The translations under genes and the position numbers were made by a program. Positions 53,392 through 63,977 of a stretch of 64,000 nt of DNA are shown one piece after another; within the stretch, counting starts at the first letter, position 1, and every line of letters starts with the position of its first letter. The notes under the pieces were generated by a model. It had not been told where the DNA came from. It saw only the letters and a program-made list of their open reading frames with translations, and searched no databases. Source of the DNA: an uncultured Clostridia bacterium (lineage in GTDB: Bacteria > Bacillota > Clostridia > TANB77 > CAG-508); NCBI GenBank assembly GCA_934182465.1, contig CAKPRG010000006.1:2368-66367 (forward strand), given 5' to 3'.

Positions 53392-55626
53392 TTACATTCT
53401 TTCGTGTATTGTTCTGTTAATAACATCTAATTGTTGTTCTCTTGTTAATTTTATAAAGTTAACAGCATATCCTGATACACGAATTGTTAATTGTGGATAT
53501 TTTTCTGGATGATCCATTGCATCTAAAAGTAATGCTCTATCAAAAACATTTACATTTACATGGTGACTTAATTGGCAGAAATATCCATCTAATAAAGCTG
53601 TTAAGTTTTTGACTCTTGTTTCTTCATCTTTTCCAAGAGCTCCTGGTACTATAGCAAATGTATATGAAATTCCATCTTCTGAATGTTTGTAATTTAATTT
53701 TGCTAAAGAATTTAATACTGCAACTGCTCCGTTTGTATCTCTTCCATGAAGTGGGTTTGCACCTGGTCCAAATGGTGTTCCAGCTCTTCTTCCATCTGGT
53801 GTATTTCCTGTTGCTTTTCCATATACAACATTTGATGTGATTGTTAAAATACTCATTGTTGGTTTTGCATTTCTATAAGTTTTTTGTTTTCTTAATTTAT
53901 CCATAAATGTTTTTTGAATTTTAACAGCAATTTCATCAACTCTATCATCATCATTTCCGTATTTTGGGAAATCACCTTCGATTTGATAATCTACTGCTAG
54001 TCCTGTTTCATCACGAATTACTTTTACTTTAGCATATTTCATTGCTGAGAATGAATCTGCTACAATTGATAAACCAGCAATACCACAAGCCATTGTTCTT
54101 AAAATGTCTTTGTCATGTAAAGCCATTTCTAAGCTTTCATAAGCATATTTATCGTGCATGTAATGAATTATATTTAAAGCATCCATATAAATACCAGCTA
54201 CATAATCCATCATTTGATCAAATCTTTCCCAAACTTCATCATAATCTAAATATTCTGATGTAATTGGTGCAAATTTGGGTGTTATTTGTTTTCCAGAAAC
54301 CTCATCTCTACCACCATTAATTGCATAAGTTAATGTTTTAGCTAAGTTTGCTCTAGCTCCAAAGAATTGCATTTGTTTACCAATTTGCATTGCACTAACA
54401 CAACAAGCAATTCCATAATCATCTCCCCAATATTCTCTCATTAAGTCATCATTTTCATATTGGATTGCACTTGTTTTTATAGAAATTTCTGCACAGAAAT
54501 TTTTGAATCCTTCTGGTAATCTTGTTGACCATAAAACTGTTAAGTTTGGTTCTGGTGAAGGACCTAATGTATTTAATGTATTTAAAACTCTGAATGAGTT
54601 TTTAGTAACTAATGTTCTACCATCAATTCCCATACCACCAATACTTTCTGTTACCCAAACTGGATCTCCACTAAATAATTCATCATATTCTGGTGTTCTT
54701 AAGAAACGAACTAATCTTAATTTCATTACAAAATGATCCATTAATTCTTGTGCTTCGTCTTCTGTAATGTATCCAGCTTTTAAATCTCTTTCGATATATA
54801 TATCTAAGAAAGTTGATGTTCTACCTAAACTCATAGCTGCACCATTTTGTTGTTTTACAGCTCCTAAGTATCCGAAATATAACCATTGAATAGCTTCTCT
54901 TGAATTGCTAGCAGGTTTTGAAATATCAAATCCATAACTTGCTGCCATTTTCTTTAAGTCTTCTAATGCTTTAATTTGTTCACTAATTTCTTCTCTTTCT
55001 CTAATAATTTCCTCTGACATATAATTTCCACGAGTATTAGCAAAATCTTCTTTTTTGCAAACGATTAATTCATCAACACCATATAAAGCAACTCTTCTGT
55101 AATCTCCTATAATTCTTCCACGTCCATATCCATCTGGTAATCCTGTAACTAAATGTGCACTTCTAGCAGCTCTTATTTCTGGTGTATATGCTGAGAAAAC
55201 TCCATCATTATGTGTTTTTCTATAATTGTGATAAATATCTTCTATTTTGTCAGATACTTTCATTCCATAAGCTTCACAAGATTTTTCAACTATTCTTATT
55301 CCACCTTCTGGCATTATTGCTCTTTTTAAAGGAGCATCTGTTTGAAGTCCAACTATTGTTTCTAAATCTTTATCTATATAACCTGGTGCATGACTTGTAA
55401 TTGTTGATGCAACATCTGTTGAAGCATCTAAAACACCACCATTTTCTCTTTCTTTTTTATAAAGTTCTAAAACTTCATCCCATAGTTTTTTTGTTTTTTC
55501 TGTTGGTCCTGCTAAAAATTTTGCATCACCTTCATATGGAGTATAGTTCTTTTGAATGAAATCTCTTACATTGATTTCTTTTTCCCATTTTCCTGTGTTA
55601 AAACCATTCCACACACTATATTTCAT
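53392..55626 (-). CDS. pflB: Formate C-acetyltransferase (pyruvate formate-lyase)
   Basis: 744 aa; active-site ACCVSAM; C-terminal glycyl-radical motif [11 protein letters not shown]. Confidence 0.95.
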   Translation of the reverse strand: MKYSVWNGFNTGKWEKEINVRDFIQKNYTPYEGDAKFLAGPTEKTKKLWDEVLELYKKERENGGVLDASTDVASTITSHAPGYIDKDLETIVGLQTDAPLKRAIMPEGGIRIVEKSCEAYGMKVSDKIEDIYHNYRKTHNDGVFSAYTPEIRAARSAHLVTGLPDGYGRGRIIGDYRRVALYGVDELIVCKKEDFANTRGNYMSEEIIREREEISEQIKALEDLKKMAASYGFDISKPASNSREAIQWLYFGYLGAVKQQNGAAMSLGRTSTFLDIYIERDLKAGYITEDEAQELMDHFVMKLRLVRFLRTPEYDELFSGDPVWVTESIGGMGIDGRTLVTKNSFRVLNTLNTLGPSPEPNLTVLWSTRLPEGFKNFCAEISIKTSAIQYENDDLMREYWGDDYGIACCVSAMQIGKQMQFFGARANLAKTLTYAINGGRDEVSGKQITPKFAPITSEYLDYDEVWERFDQMMDYVAGIYMDALNIIHYMHDKYAYESLEMALHDKDILRTMACGIAGLSIVADSFSAMKYAKVKVIRDETGLAVDYQIEGDFPKYGNDDDRVDEIAVKIQKTFMDKLRKQKTYRNAKPTMSILTITSNVVYGKATGNTPDGRRAGTPFGPGANPLHGRDTNGAVAVLNSLAKLNYKHSEDGISYTFAIVPGALGKDEETRVKNLTALLDGYFCQLSHHVNVNVFDRALLLDAMDHPEKYPQLTIRVSGYAVNFIKLTREQQLDVINRTIHERM

Positions 55627-55914
55627 ATTTTCCTCCTTCTTTTGTTTGCATAGTCTTATATTTTTATGAAAAATACACTACAAACTTTAAATTTATTTGA
55701 TTTTAAATTTTATTGTTAAGTTTTATTTATATTTTGTCTTTTACTTTCACTGTCTATTCTCAATTTTAGATTTTAACATATACTACAAAAAAAGACAATA
55801 TTAGCAAAATGAATTTTGTGTAAATTTTTGTATAAAAAACGCATTTGTTTTTTTATTATATTATGATATAATTTTTTTGATATTATTATACAAAATAAGA
55901 AAGGAATAAAATTT

Positions 55915-56496
55915 ATGAAAATTATATTAGCTTCAAAATCTCCAAGAAGAAAAGAATTAATGGATTTAGCAGGATTTGATTATGAAATTTTAGTAAGTGA
56001 TGTTGATGAAATTGTAACAGAAGATATATCATTAGAAGAAAAATCAAAAGAAATTGCTTTTCGAAAAGCAAAAAAGATTTTTGACAACACTCAAGGAGAT
56101 AGAATTATAATCGGTGCAGATACTCTTGTAATAAAAAATAATGAAGCTTTAGGAAAGCCTAAAACTCGCCAAGAAGCAATTTCGATGTTAAAGAAAATCC
56201 AAGGAACTTCACACACAATATATACTAGTTTAGTTGTATTAATTGAAAATGCTGGTGAATATAAAGAATACAAAGAACTTTTTCAAGTCGAAGTATTTGT
56301 AAAAGAAATGAGTAATCAAGAAATTGAAAACTATGTAGATACAAATTATGATGATGTTTTTGACAAAGCAGGTTCTTATGCAATTCAAGGTAGATTTTCA
56401 ATATTTATTCAAAAAATCATAGGTGATTTTCCAACTGCAATTGGTCTTCCTATTCAAAGAATTTATGATATATTAAAAGAAAATGATAGTTTATAA
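55915..56496 (+). CDS. maf: Maf-family nucleoside triphosphate pyrophosphatase
   Basis: IILASKSPRRKELM...IIGADTLV...GKP....A..ML...G..H.IYT...DKAGSYAIQG. Confidence 0.9.
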   Translation: MKIILASKSPRRKELMDLAGFDYEILVSDVDEIVTEDISLEEKSKEIAFRKAKKIFDNTQGDRIIIGADTLVIKNNEALGKPKTRQEAISMLKKIQGTSHTIYTSLVVLIENAGEYKEYKELFQVEVFVKEMSNQEIENYVDTNYDDVFDKAGSYAIQGRFSIFIQKIIGDFPTAIGLPIQRIYDILKENDSL

Positions 56497-56514
56497 TATT
56501 TTAATTTATAAAAA

Positions 56515-56545
56515 GGCTGTTTAGTATTTTTATTACTAAACAGCC
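56515..56545. terminator. 12-bp hairpin flanked by A-runs, 3' of maf (the T-tract is only on the minus strand)
   Basis: GGCTGTTTAGTA-tttttat-TACTAAACAGCC. Confidence 0.4.
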
Positions 56546-56939
56546 AAAAATATTATAGAGTTTCATTACTCATACTTCAAAATTTTATTTATTAGTATTA
56601 TATTCATTTATATATAGTTAGTTTGTATTATGTATTAAGTTAAATCAAAAAATCCATTAAAAAAAAATTATCTAAGGTTGTGTTTAAAGAAATATATTAT
56701 CATAAATTCATAAAAGACAATACTTTATTTATATTTTAATATATCACCCTCTTTCTTTAAAAAGCTTTTTTATGCTTTTTATTTTTTTTGTTTTTATTTT
56801 ATGCATCACCTCCTTTACATATATTTTTATCTTATTGCTTACATCACTTCCTAACATTTAATATATATTTTTACACTTTAAAAATTTACCTTTAGTATTT
56901 AGTATTTACTATCATAACTTTTTAATATATATTTGAATT

Positions 56940-58331
56940 TTAACATCCTGTCTTTGGTAATTTTTTAATTGTATTATTTTCTGTATATTCATATTTTAAG
57001 CTTTCGTTTTTTTCATTATATTCATAAGTATTTTTTTGAATTTCTTCCGTATAACTTTCGTTTTTAACTATTTGAGTATTTTTAGAATCTTCTGTTATTT
57101 TCTTTTCTTCTTTATCTGATACAATTTCTATCACTTCATAATTTTTGTTTATTTCTTCCACTGTTCTTTTTGTATTATTTACTATTACTTGAATTTCTTC
57201 ATTTAGATCTAATCCAAGTTCAATGTAATCTGTATATAAATTATATCCATCTAAAGTTTTAGTTTCTTTCAAGAAATATTTTCCTGGCACCATATTTTCT
57301 AATGTAATTTCACCTTTACCATCTGTAACTAAGTTGTCCATTATAACATTTTTATTTTCATCTAAAAGTTGAAACTTTACTCCTTGTAATGGTGTTTTTG
57401 TTCCATATTCTTGTTTATGTACTATAATCTTTGTTCTATTTTTTGCATAATCTTCTGTAATACTTGTATTTTGTTGTTCATAAGTTAATCCTGTAATAGC
57501 ATAATTTTGTTTTGAACTATCATAAGTTTTTCCATATAAAACTGGATATGTTTTTACATTTGCTATTGCATTTATAGTAAATGTTTCACTTTGAGTAATA
57601 TTTTTAATTGGCATTAATATTTTAAATTCTTCGCCAACCTTAAAACTTGATTGTTCTTCATTGTTAATATTAGTAACCTTTGTTCCTTCTGGTAATAATC
57701 CTTGTAATTTAATTTCATAACTTCCATTTGGAATATTACAATTTACTCTATAATTTTTGCTAACACATTTTGTATCTTTTTCATCGACTTTCCATGTAGC
57801 TTTTAATGGTTCGATTCCAAGATTTATTACACCTGTTTCATTTAAATCACAATTTTTTGCTCTGTTTACAATGTCTTTAAATATATTAAAAGTTCTTCTT
57901 CCTGCTTCTGAATTATAAGCAGAATAATCATTTTCATTTCTATCGTATAAAGCCCAATAAACAGCTTGTTTAGTTGCTGCAAAAGCTTCTTCTTCATTTG
58001 CTGCCCCTAATTCTTCTACACTTCTATATGGAAATCCATTTATTATTACTTTCCATACTTTGTTGTTATTTAATTTTTCTGTTGTTGAAACATTGTAGCT
58101 CCCATTTTCTGCTCCTGGTAGTTCAGAATTCAAACAATATGCAGGATATTCTTTTCCATCTTTTTGATATACTACATACGAAATTCTTCTTGTAATATTT
58201 TGATATTTAAGCAAATTTCCACAATCTGATTTTTTATATAAATTTACTTCATTTATATCAAATGCCATAGCTTGTCCATAAGCTCCAATAATTGATATTA
58301 AAATAAATGCAATTATTAATATTTTTTTCAT
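56940..58331 (-). CDS. Surface adhesin candidate: thioester-domain (TED) + Cna-B/SpaA-like domains, ending ...KKLPKTGC* (sorting signal truncated)
   Basis: I prefer the ATG at 58331 after AAGGAAGG: signal peptide MKKILIIAFILISIIGAYGQAMA. EYPAYCLNSELPG (thioester Cys) and ATKQAVYWAL (TQxA[IV]W-like Gln). IIVHKQEYGTKTPLQGVKFQLLDENKN...GKGEITLENMVPGKYFLKETKTLDGYN (Cna-B-like). Confidence 0.7.
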   Translation of the reverse strand: MKKILIIAFILISIIGAYGQAMAFDINEVNLYKKSDCGNLLKYQNITRRISYVVYQKDGKEYPAYCLNSELPGAENGSYNVSTTEKLNNNKVWKVIINGFPYRSVEELGAANEEEAFAATKQAVYWALYDRNENDYSAYNSEAGRRTFNIFKDIVNRAKNCDLNETGVINLGIEPLKATWKVDEKDTKCVSKNYRVNCNIPNGSYEIKLQGLLPEGTKVTNINNEEQSSFKVGEEFKILMPIKNITQSETFTINAIANVKTYPVLYGKTYDSSKQNYAITGLTYEQQNTSITEDYAKNRTKIIVHKQEYGTKTPLQGVKFQLLDENKNVIMDNLVTDGKGEITLENMVPGKYFLKETKTLDGYNLYTDYIELGLDLNEEIQVIVNNTKRTVEEINKNYEVIEIVSDKEEKKITEDSKNTQIVKNESYTEEIQKNTYEYNEKNESLKYEYTENNTIKKLPKTGC

Positions 58332-58351
58332 ATAATTCCTTCCTTGTAATT

Positions 58352-59038
58352 TTATTTTTGTTCTATTGCTTGAATGCATCTTCTTAGATTTGGTTTATCT
58401 TCTACACACGTAATTAAAGTTAATTTATTTTCTTTTGTTGGTTCTAAAAAATTCCAGTTTGTATCTTGGATAATTTCTTTTAATTCAACCCTATATTCCG
58501 ATTTTTTTCCTTTATAGATATAGTAAATTAAATCTCCAATTTCTAGCTCTTTTAGCCTTGCAAAATAATTTACCGGATAGCCTCTATTGTGTCCTGCTAG
58601 TCCTATATTTCCATCAAAAATTGATGTTTCTTCAAAATGACCAACATATTTATTTAAAATTTCTTCTGAAGTACCTTCATTTATATCTGCATATAATTCT
58701 ATCTTTGGTATTTCTAGTCTCCAAATATTTTCATCAATTTTATTTGCATAACTAGAATCTGTTATTTCATTGTTATTTTTTCTCTCATATATAAATTCAT
58801 TTTGGATTTTATTTTGTTGAATATAATTTTTATTAGAAACTTTTTGAAATTCTTTATTAGAATTTTTGAAATCAAATTCAAATGTTTTTAATGAAAAAAT
58901 GACTAAAATACATGCACAATATACACACACCTTCTTGATAAAGTCTAAATTTATCATCCCCTTAATATTTAATTTTTGAATAATTGAAATTTTCGTTTGA
59001 TACAAACTTTGAACTTTTTTGAATTTATTTAATTGCAA
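58352..59038 (-). CDS. Sortase-family transpeptidase
   Basis: TM anchor; IGLAGHNR...; catalytic TLITC; conserved Arg in NLRRC. The start codon is uncertain (TTG at 59038 or an internal ATG). Confidence 0.8.
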   Translation of the reverse strand: MQLNKFKKVQSLYQTKISIIQKLNIKGMINLDFIKKVCVYCACILVIFSLKTFEFDFKNSNKEFQKVSNKNYIQQNKIQNEFIYERKNNNEITDSSYANKIDENIWRLEIPKIELYADINEGTSEEILNKYVGHFEETSIFDGNIGLAGHNRGYPVNYFARLKELEIGDLIYYIYKGKKSEYRVELKEIIQDTNWNFLEPTKENKLTLITCVEDKPNLRRCIQAIEQK

Positions 59039-59109
59039 TTAGAAATAAATTGACATTATAATAATACTTTTTTTTAGATTTGTAAATACTTTTTTTAAAA
59101 AATTTTTTC

Positions 59110-59145
59110 AAAAAAAATTCCTTAGTACAAAATTATACTAAGGAA
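59110..59145 (-). terminator. Rho-independent terminator of the histidine-kinase gene
   Basis: On the minus strand, TTCCTTAGTA-taattttg-TACTAAGGAA followed by TTTTTTTT. Confidence 0.8.
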
Positions 59146-59154
59146 CAAAAAATT

Positions 59155-60657
59155 TTAAGCTTTTTCTTTATCAATTTCAAAATAAAACTCTACCCCATCT
59201 TGCTTATTTTTTACACCATAACTATTATTGTATTTGTTCAAAATAGCTTTAACTAAAGACAATCCAATACCATGACCACCTTTTGATCTATCTCTTGATT
59301 CATCAACTTTGTAAAATCTATTCCAAATTCTAGGTATATTTTCTTCATCAATATTTTTTCCTGTATTAAATACAGAAACTCTATATTTATTTTCATCTTT
59401 AGCTTGTTTTATTGAAATCTTAATTTTTTTCTTGTTTTTAATTTTTTCAACATTTTTCAATGCATTTGTAAAATAATTATTTACTACTTGCTCTATATAA
59501 AAGTCATCAGCATAAACAATAATTGGCTCTTTTTCTTTAAACTCAACTTCAATATTGTTTTCTTTAATTACTACGTTTGAAGTTCTTATTACTTCATTTA
59601 CTAATTCAACAATATCAAAATTTTTATTATTAAATTCTCTATCTTCATATTCTAGCTTCATTAATTCTAAAAGTCTTTTTACCATTACATCCATTTTATT
59701 TGCTTCATCTAAAATTACTTCTGCATAAAAATTTCTGCTTTCTTCATCAGTATTAACATTTTCTACTAATCCCTCTGCATATCCTTGTATTAAAGCAATT
59801 GGAGTTTTAAGTTCATGTGATACATCTGAAATAAATTGTTTTCTCATTTCATCAATTTTAGATTTTGTTTCAATATCTTTTTCAAGTTCCATATTATTTT
59901 TCTTTAATTTATAGATTGTATCTTCTAAAGTATCTGATAGAGTATTTATACTTTTACCAAGTTCATTTATTTCGTCATCATTATCTTGAATTCTATATTT
60001 TCTACTAAAATCTAATTTTGTCATTCTATTGGCTATATCATTTAATTCTTCAATTGGCTTTGTGAATTTTTCTGTCGTAACCATTATAATAAGACCACTA
60101 ACACTTACAGATACAATTGCAATTACCCATAATGATTTATTTGAAATATTTGCACTTTCTTTTATTGTGTTAATTGGCATTCTAATGTAAACTCTATTTC
60201 CATTTTCCATTTTACCTTCTAGCAAAATAAAATTAATTCCATTTGTTTTGTCTTGTGTCCTACGAATTGTAACTCCATCATCAGAATACATTATCTCAGT
60301 TCTATTAAAAATACTATATTTCACTTTATATTTTATTTCTTTAATTTCACCAAAATTTTCCACAAAATTTCCATCTGTTGTATATAAAATTTCATTATTG
60401 CTATTTACAATTTCTATATCAAAGTTATTATTTACAGATATCGTCTCTAATTCTTTATGAAAACTTTCTGTTTTTTCACTATTGATATTTTGTTTTATAT
60501 ATTCATACAATTCCAAAGAACTAACTTTTTTATTATAGTAGTAAAAAGTTTCTAGCATTACACTATTTACAACAATCAGAAAAAGAATTGTCATAAGCAT
60601 TATTACACATACTGTTATAAATAATTTAGCATGAACTGATCTAAATATTTTTTTCAT
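59155..60657 (-). CDS. Sensor histidine kinase (two TM, HAMP, HisKA, HATPase_c)
   Basis: H-box FISDVSHELKTPIALIQGY; N-box NYFTNALKN; G-boxes GGHGIGLSLV. Confidence 0.9.
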   Translation of the reverse strand: MKKIFRSVHAKLFITVCVIMLMTILFLIVVNSVMLETFYYYNKKVSSLELYEYIKQNINSEKTESFHKELETISVNNNFDIEIVNSNNEILYTTDGNFVENFGEIKEIKYKVKYSIFNRTEIMYSDDGVTIRRTQDKTNGINFILLEGKMENGNRVYIRMPINTIKESANISNKSLWVIAIVSVSVSGLIIMVTTEKFTKPIEELNDIANRMTKLDFSRKYRIQDNDDEINELGKSINTLSDTLEDTIYKLKKNNMELEKDIETKSKIDEMRKQFISDVSHELKTPIALIQGYAEGLVENVNTDEESRNFYAEVILDEANKMDVMVKRLLELMKLEYEDREFNNKNFDIVELVNEVIRTSNVVIKENNIEVEFKEKEPIIVYADDFYIEQVVNNYFTNALKNVEKIKNKKKIKISIKQAKDENKYRVSVFNTGKNIDEENIPRIWNRFYKVDESRDRSKGGHGIGLSLVKAILNKYNNSYGVKNKQDGVEFYFEIDKEKA

Positions 60658-60684
60658 TTTAGCCTCTTCTATTACATATAAATT

Positions 60685-61368
60685 TTATTTTTTTATTTCG
60701 AATTTGTATCCAATTCCTCTAATTGTTTGTATATGTTTACCTTTTTTTCCTAGTTTATGTCTTATTTTTTTGATATGACTATCAATTGTTCTAGAATCTC
60801 CATAATAATCATAATTCCAAACTGTATTTAATATTTTGTCTCTGGATAAAGCTATATTTTCATTATCTAATAAATATTTTAAAAGTTCATATTCTCTAAA
60901 ACTCAATTCTATTGTTTTTCCATCTACAGATACAGTTCTTCCTTCATTATCTATAACAATTCCATCATAATCTTTTAATTTCTTTTCTTCTTTTGTTGTT
61001 CTTTTTAAAATTGCTTCAACTCTTGCTACAAGTATTTTAGGGCTAAATGGTTTTGCTATATATTCGTCAACTCCAAGTTCAAATCCAAACAACTCATCTT
61101 GTTCTTCTGTTCTTGCTGTTAGCATTACAATAGGAATAGCTTTATTTTCTTGACGAATTTGTCTAAGTACAGACCAGCCATCTAGTTTTGGCATCATTAC
61201 ATCAAGTAATATTAGATTTATTTTATCTTTATTTTCATTGTATACTTTTAAAGCTACTTCACCATCTTCTGCTTCTAATATATTAAAATCTTTTTGTTTT
61301 AAAAAATCTTTTATTAATTTTCTCATTCTAGATTCATCATCTACTACTAAAATTGTTAAATCACTCAT
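60685..61368 (-). CDS. OmpR-family response regulator
   Basis: I prefer the ATG at 61368: MSDLTILVVDDE...LILLDVMMPKLDG; C-terminal winged helix ...IQTIRGIGYKF. Confidence 0.9.
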   Translation of the reverse strand: MSDLTILVVDDESRMRKLIKDFLKQKDFNILEAEDGEVALKVYNENKDKINLILLDVMMPKLDGWSVLRQIRQENKAIPIVMLTARTEEQDELFGFELGVDEYIAKPFSPKILVARVEAILKRTTKEEKKLKDYDGIVIDNEGRTVSVDGKTIELSFREYELLKYLLDNENIALSRDKILNTVWNYDYYGDSRTIDSHIKKIRHKLGKKGKHIQTIRGIGYKFEIKK

Positions 61369-61459
61369 ATATAGCTCCGTTTCAAGCAACAAATGCTTTA
61401 TTTTATTTTTTTGCATTTTATAATACTATTATGTTTTTTATGTGAAATTTCTATATTTT

Positions 61460-63238
61460 TTAGTTATTATTTGTTAATCTTTTTAATTCTTCTAAATTTT
61501 TTCTGAAATAATCAAAAGCTTGCTCATAAGTTTCTTCTTTTTCCAAATCAACATCTACCATTCTAAGTAAATCTAATGAACCAATGCTTCCACCTTTGCT
61601 AAGCATATTCAAGTATCTTTCTACATAGCCTTCTTTATTTGCTAAAATATTGCTTGCAATTACAATTGCTGATGTAATTCCAGTAGCATATTTGTATACA
61701 TAGAAACAGCTGTAAAAATGTGGAATTCTAGCCCATTCATATTTTATTTCTTCGTCTGCTATAACAGCATCTCCAAAATATTTTTTTACTAATTCGTAAT
61801 ATATAGAATCCAAATTTTCTGATGTTAAACTTTCACCTTTTTCTATTCTTGCATGAACTTCTTTTTCAAATTCTGCAAACATTGCTTGTCTATATAAAGT
61901 TGCTCTTATTGTATCTAGTTGTTCATTTATTAGAGCAGCTTTTCTATTTGAATCACTTTCATTATTAATTAAATAATTTGCAAGTAAAATCTCGTTAACT
62001 GTTGAAGCAACTTCTGCAACCATTATTGTATAATTAGCATTAATTGCATTTTGAGCATGACTAGAATAATAACTGTGCATTGCATGTCCTAATTCATGTG
62101 CAACAGTTGACACATCTCTTGATGAATTATGATAATTTAGCAATACAAATGGATGTACTGCATGTATTCCCATACTATATGCACCACTTCTTTTATTTGG
62201 TGTCTCATATACATCAATCCAACGATTGTCAAATGCTGTTTTCAACATATTTATATAAGCTTCTCCCATTGGAGCTAATGCTTTTAAAACAATTTCTTTT
62301 CCTTCTTCATAAGGAATATCTTTTTCTTCTACATTTAATGTATTTACATATACATCATATATGTGAAATTCGTCGTCTCCTAATAAATCTTTTTTCAATT
62401 TTATATGCTCTCTATTTAAGTCTAAATTTTTATTTACTTCTTTTAGTAGAGTTTCATAAACTTTTACATTTGAATCATCATTGTTTGTAGCTGAATCTAA
62501 AGATGATTCATAATTTCTTAAATTAGCAGAAATTGTACGTTGTTTTACTCTTGCTAAATATAATTCTGTAATTGTATTTTCGTGTCTTTTATATAATGAA
62601 TACATTGAATTGAAAGCTTGTTTTCTAATATCTCTATCTTTATCCATTAAATATTTAGAAAAAGTACCATGTGTAACTTTTAATTTTTCCCCATCTTTAG
62701 TTACTACATCTGGAAAATCTAATTCTGTATCAACAAAAATATCGTAAGCATTCTCTGATGCTCCAAATACCTCTGAATATTTTGCCAAAACTCTTTCAAC
62801 TTCTTCTGTTAAAATATGTTTTTTCTCTTTAATAATATCTTCAATAGATTTTTTGAATTCATTTCTTAGTTCTTCATTTTCTTCTAAATATTTCCTTAAT
62901 GTTTCATCATCTATTTTACTAATTTCTGGTGATATAAAACTTATTTTTTCTGAAAAATCTGTTACTACTTTTTCTACTCTTTTAAATAATTTAATGCTTT
63001 TTACATCACTCATGTCTTTATGATATTTAAGCATTGCATAAGCATAAATTTTTTCTTCTAAAATTAAAGCTTTTTCTAATTTTTTATAGCAATCTAATAT
63101 TGTATTACTGCTATTTGAAAGTGTGCCTTTTAGTTTAATTATTTCTTCTGTTTGTTTTTCTAATAATTCTATATCATCTTCAAATTCTTTTTCATTTTTA
63201 TAAATTTCTTTAAAATTCCATTCTAAATTATTTTCCAT
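61460..63238 (-). CDS. pepF: Oligoendopeptidase F (M3B)
   Basis: 592 aa; zinc site VAHELGHAMHSYY (HExxH). Confidence 0.9.
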   Translation of the reverse strand: MENNLEWNFKEIYKNEKEFEDDIELLEKQTEEIIKLKGTLSNSSNTILDCYKKLEKALILEEKIYAYAMLKYHKDMSDVKSIKLFKRVEKVVTDFSEKISFISPEISKIDDETLRKYLEENEELRNEFKKSIEDIIKEKKHILTEEVERVLAKYSEVFGASENAYDIFVDTELDFPDVVTKDGEKLKVTHGTFSKYLMDKDRDIRKQAFNSMYSLYKRHENTITELYLARVKQRTISANLRNYESSLDSATNNDDSNVKVYETLLKEVNKNLDLNREHIKLKKDLLGDDEFHIYDVYVNTLNVEEKDIPYEEGKEIVLKALAPMGEAYINMLKTAFDNRWIDVYETPNKRSGAYSMGIHAVHPFVLLNYHNSSRDVSTVAHELGHAMHSYYSSHAQNAINANYTIMVAEVASTVNEILLANYLINNESDSNRKAALINEQLDTIRATLYRQAMFAEFEKEVHARIEKGESLTSENLDSIYYELVKKYFGDAVIADEEIKYEWARIPHFYSCFYVYKYATGITSAIVIASNILANKEGYVERYLNMLSKGGSIGSLDLLRMVDVDLEKEETYEQAFDYFRKNLEELKRLTNNN

Positions 63239-63419
63239 TTTTCCCTCCTAAATTTAACTTCTATGTAATTATATCAATCTATACTCTATTTTTCAATAAT
63301 TATACTTTGCCATTTCAAATTTAATTTTGTCAATTTCATACTTATTTTGACAATTTTTGATGTTGAAATTTTATAAATTCATGATATAATGTCTAAAGTA
63401 ATATTAAGGGGGAATTATT

Positions 63420-63977
63420 TTGAAACTAAACTCAGACGATCAATCTCTTGCTGAAAGCAAAGTTTTAATTTTATATATATTAAGTAAAGTAGGAAAATCA
63501 ATATCTCATAATGAATTACTAGAATTAGTAGTTTCTATATTAGATATGAATTATTTTTATTTTGAACAATTTTTATTAGACTTATTAGAAGATAATTATT
63601 TGAACAAATATCAAAAAGAAAATGATGATATTTACGAATTAACTGATGCTGGAAAGGAAGCTTTAAGTCTTACTTTAGATATTTTACCTGGTATTTTAAA
63701 ACTTAAAGTCGATAGCAAATTCAAAGAAAATTTTGAAACTATAAAAGATAAATATTCAATATCTGCAGAATACAGCCCTATTACAGAAACTGACTTTTCT
63801 GTAACTTGTAAAATTATAGAAAATAATAATACTATATTCCACTTAGAATTAAATGCCGGTTCTCGTGACCAAGCAAAAAAAATTGTTAATAATTGGAATA
63901 ATAATGCTTCATCAATTTATCCTGAAATATTTAATTTACTTGTTGTTTCTGAAAATGATGAGCAAACTGCTGAATAA
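63420..63977 (+). CDS. DUF4364-like (PadR-type winged-helix) protein
   Basis: ESKVLILYILSKVGKSISHNELLELV...LLEDNYLNKYQKENDDIYELTDAGKEAL. TTG start after AAGGGGG. Confidence 0.5.
   Translation: MKLNSDDQSLAESKVLILYILSKVGKSISHNELLELVVSILDMNYFYFEQFLLDLLEDNYLNKYQKENDDIYELTDAGKEALSLTLDILPGILKLKVDSKFKENFETIKDKYSISAEYSPITETDFSVTCKIIENNNTIFHLELNAGSRDQAKKIVNNWNNNASSIYPEIFNLLVVSENDEQTAE

Noticed and set aside
62080-62490. 136-aa plus-strand ORF inside pepF
   Set aside because: It is antisense to a well-supported M3B peptidase, and the translation has no features.
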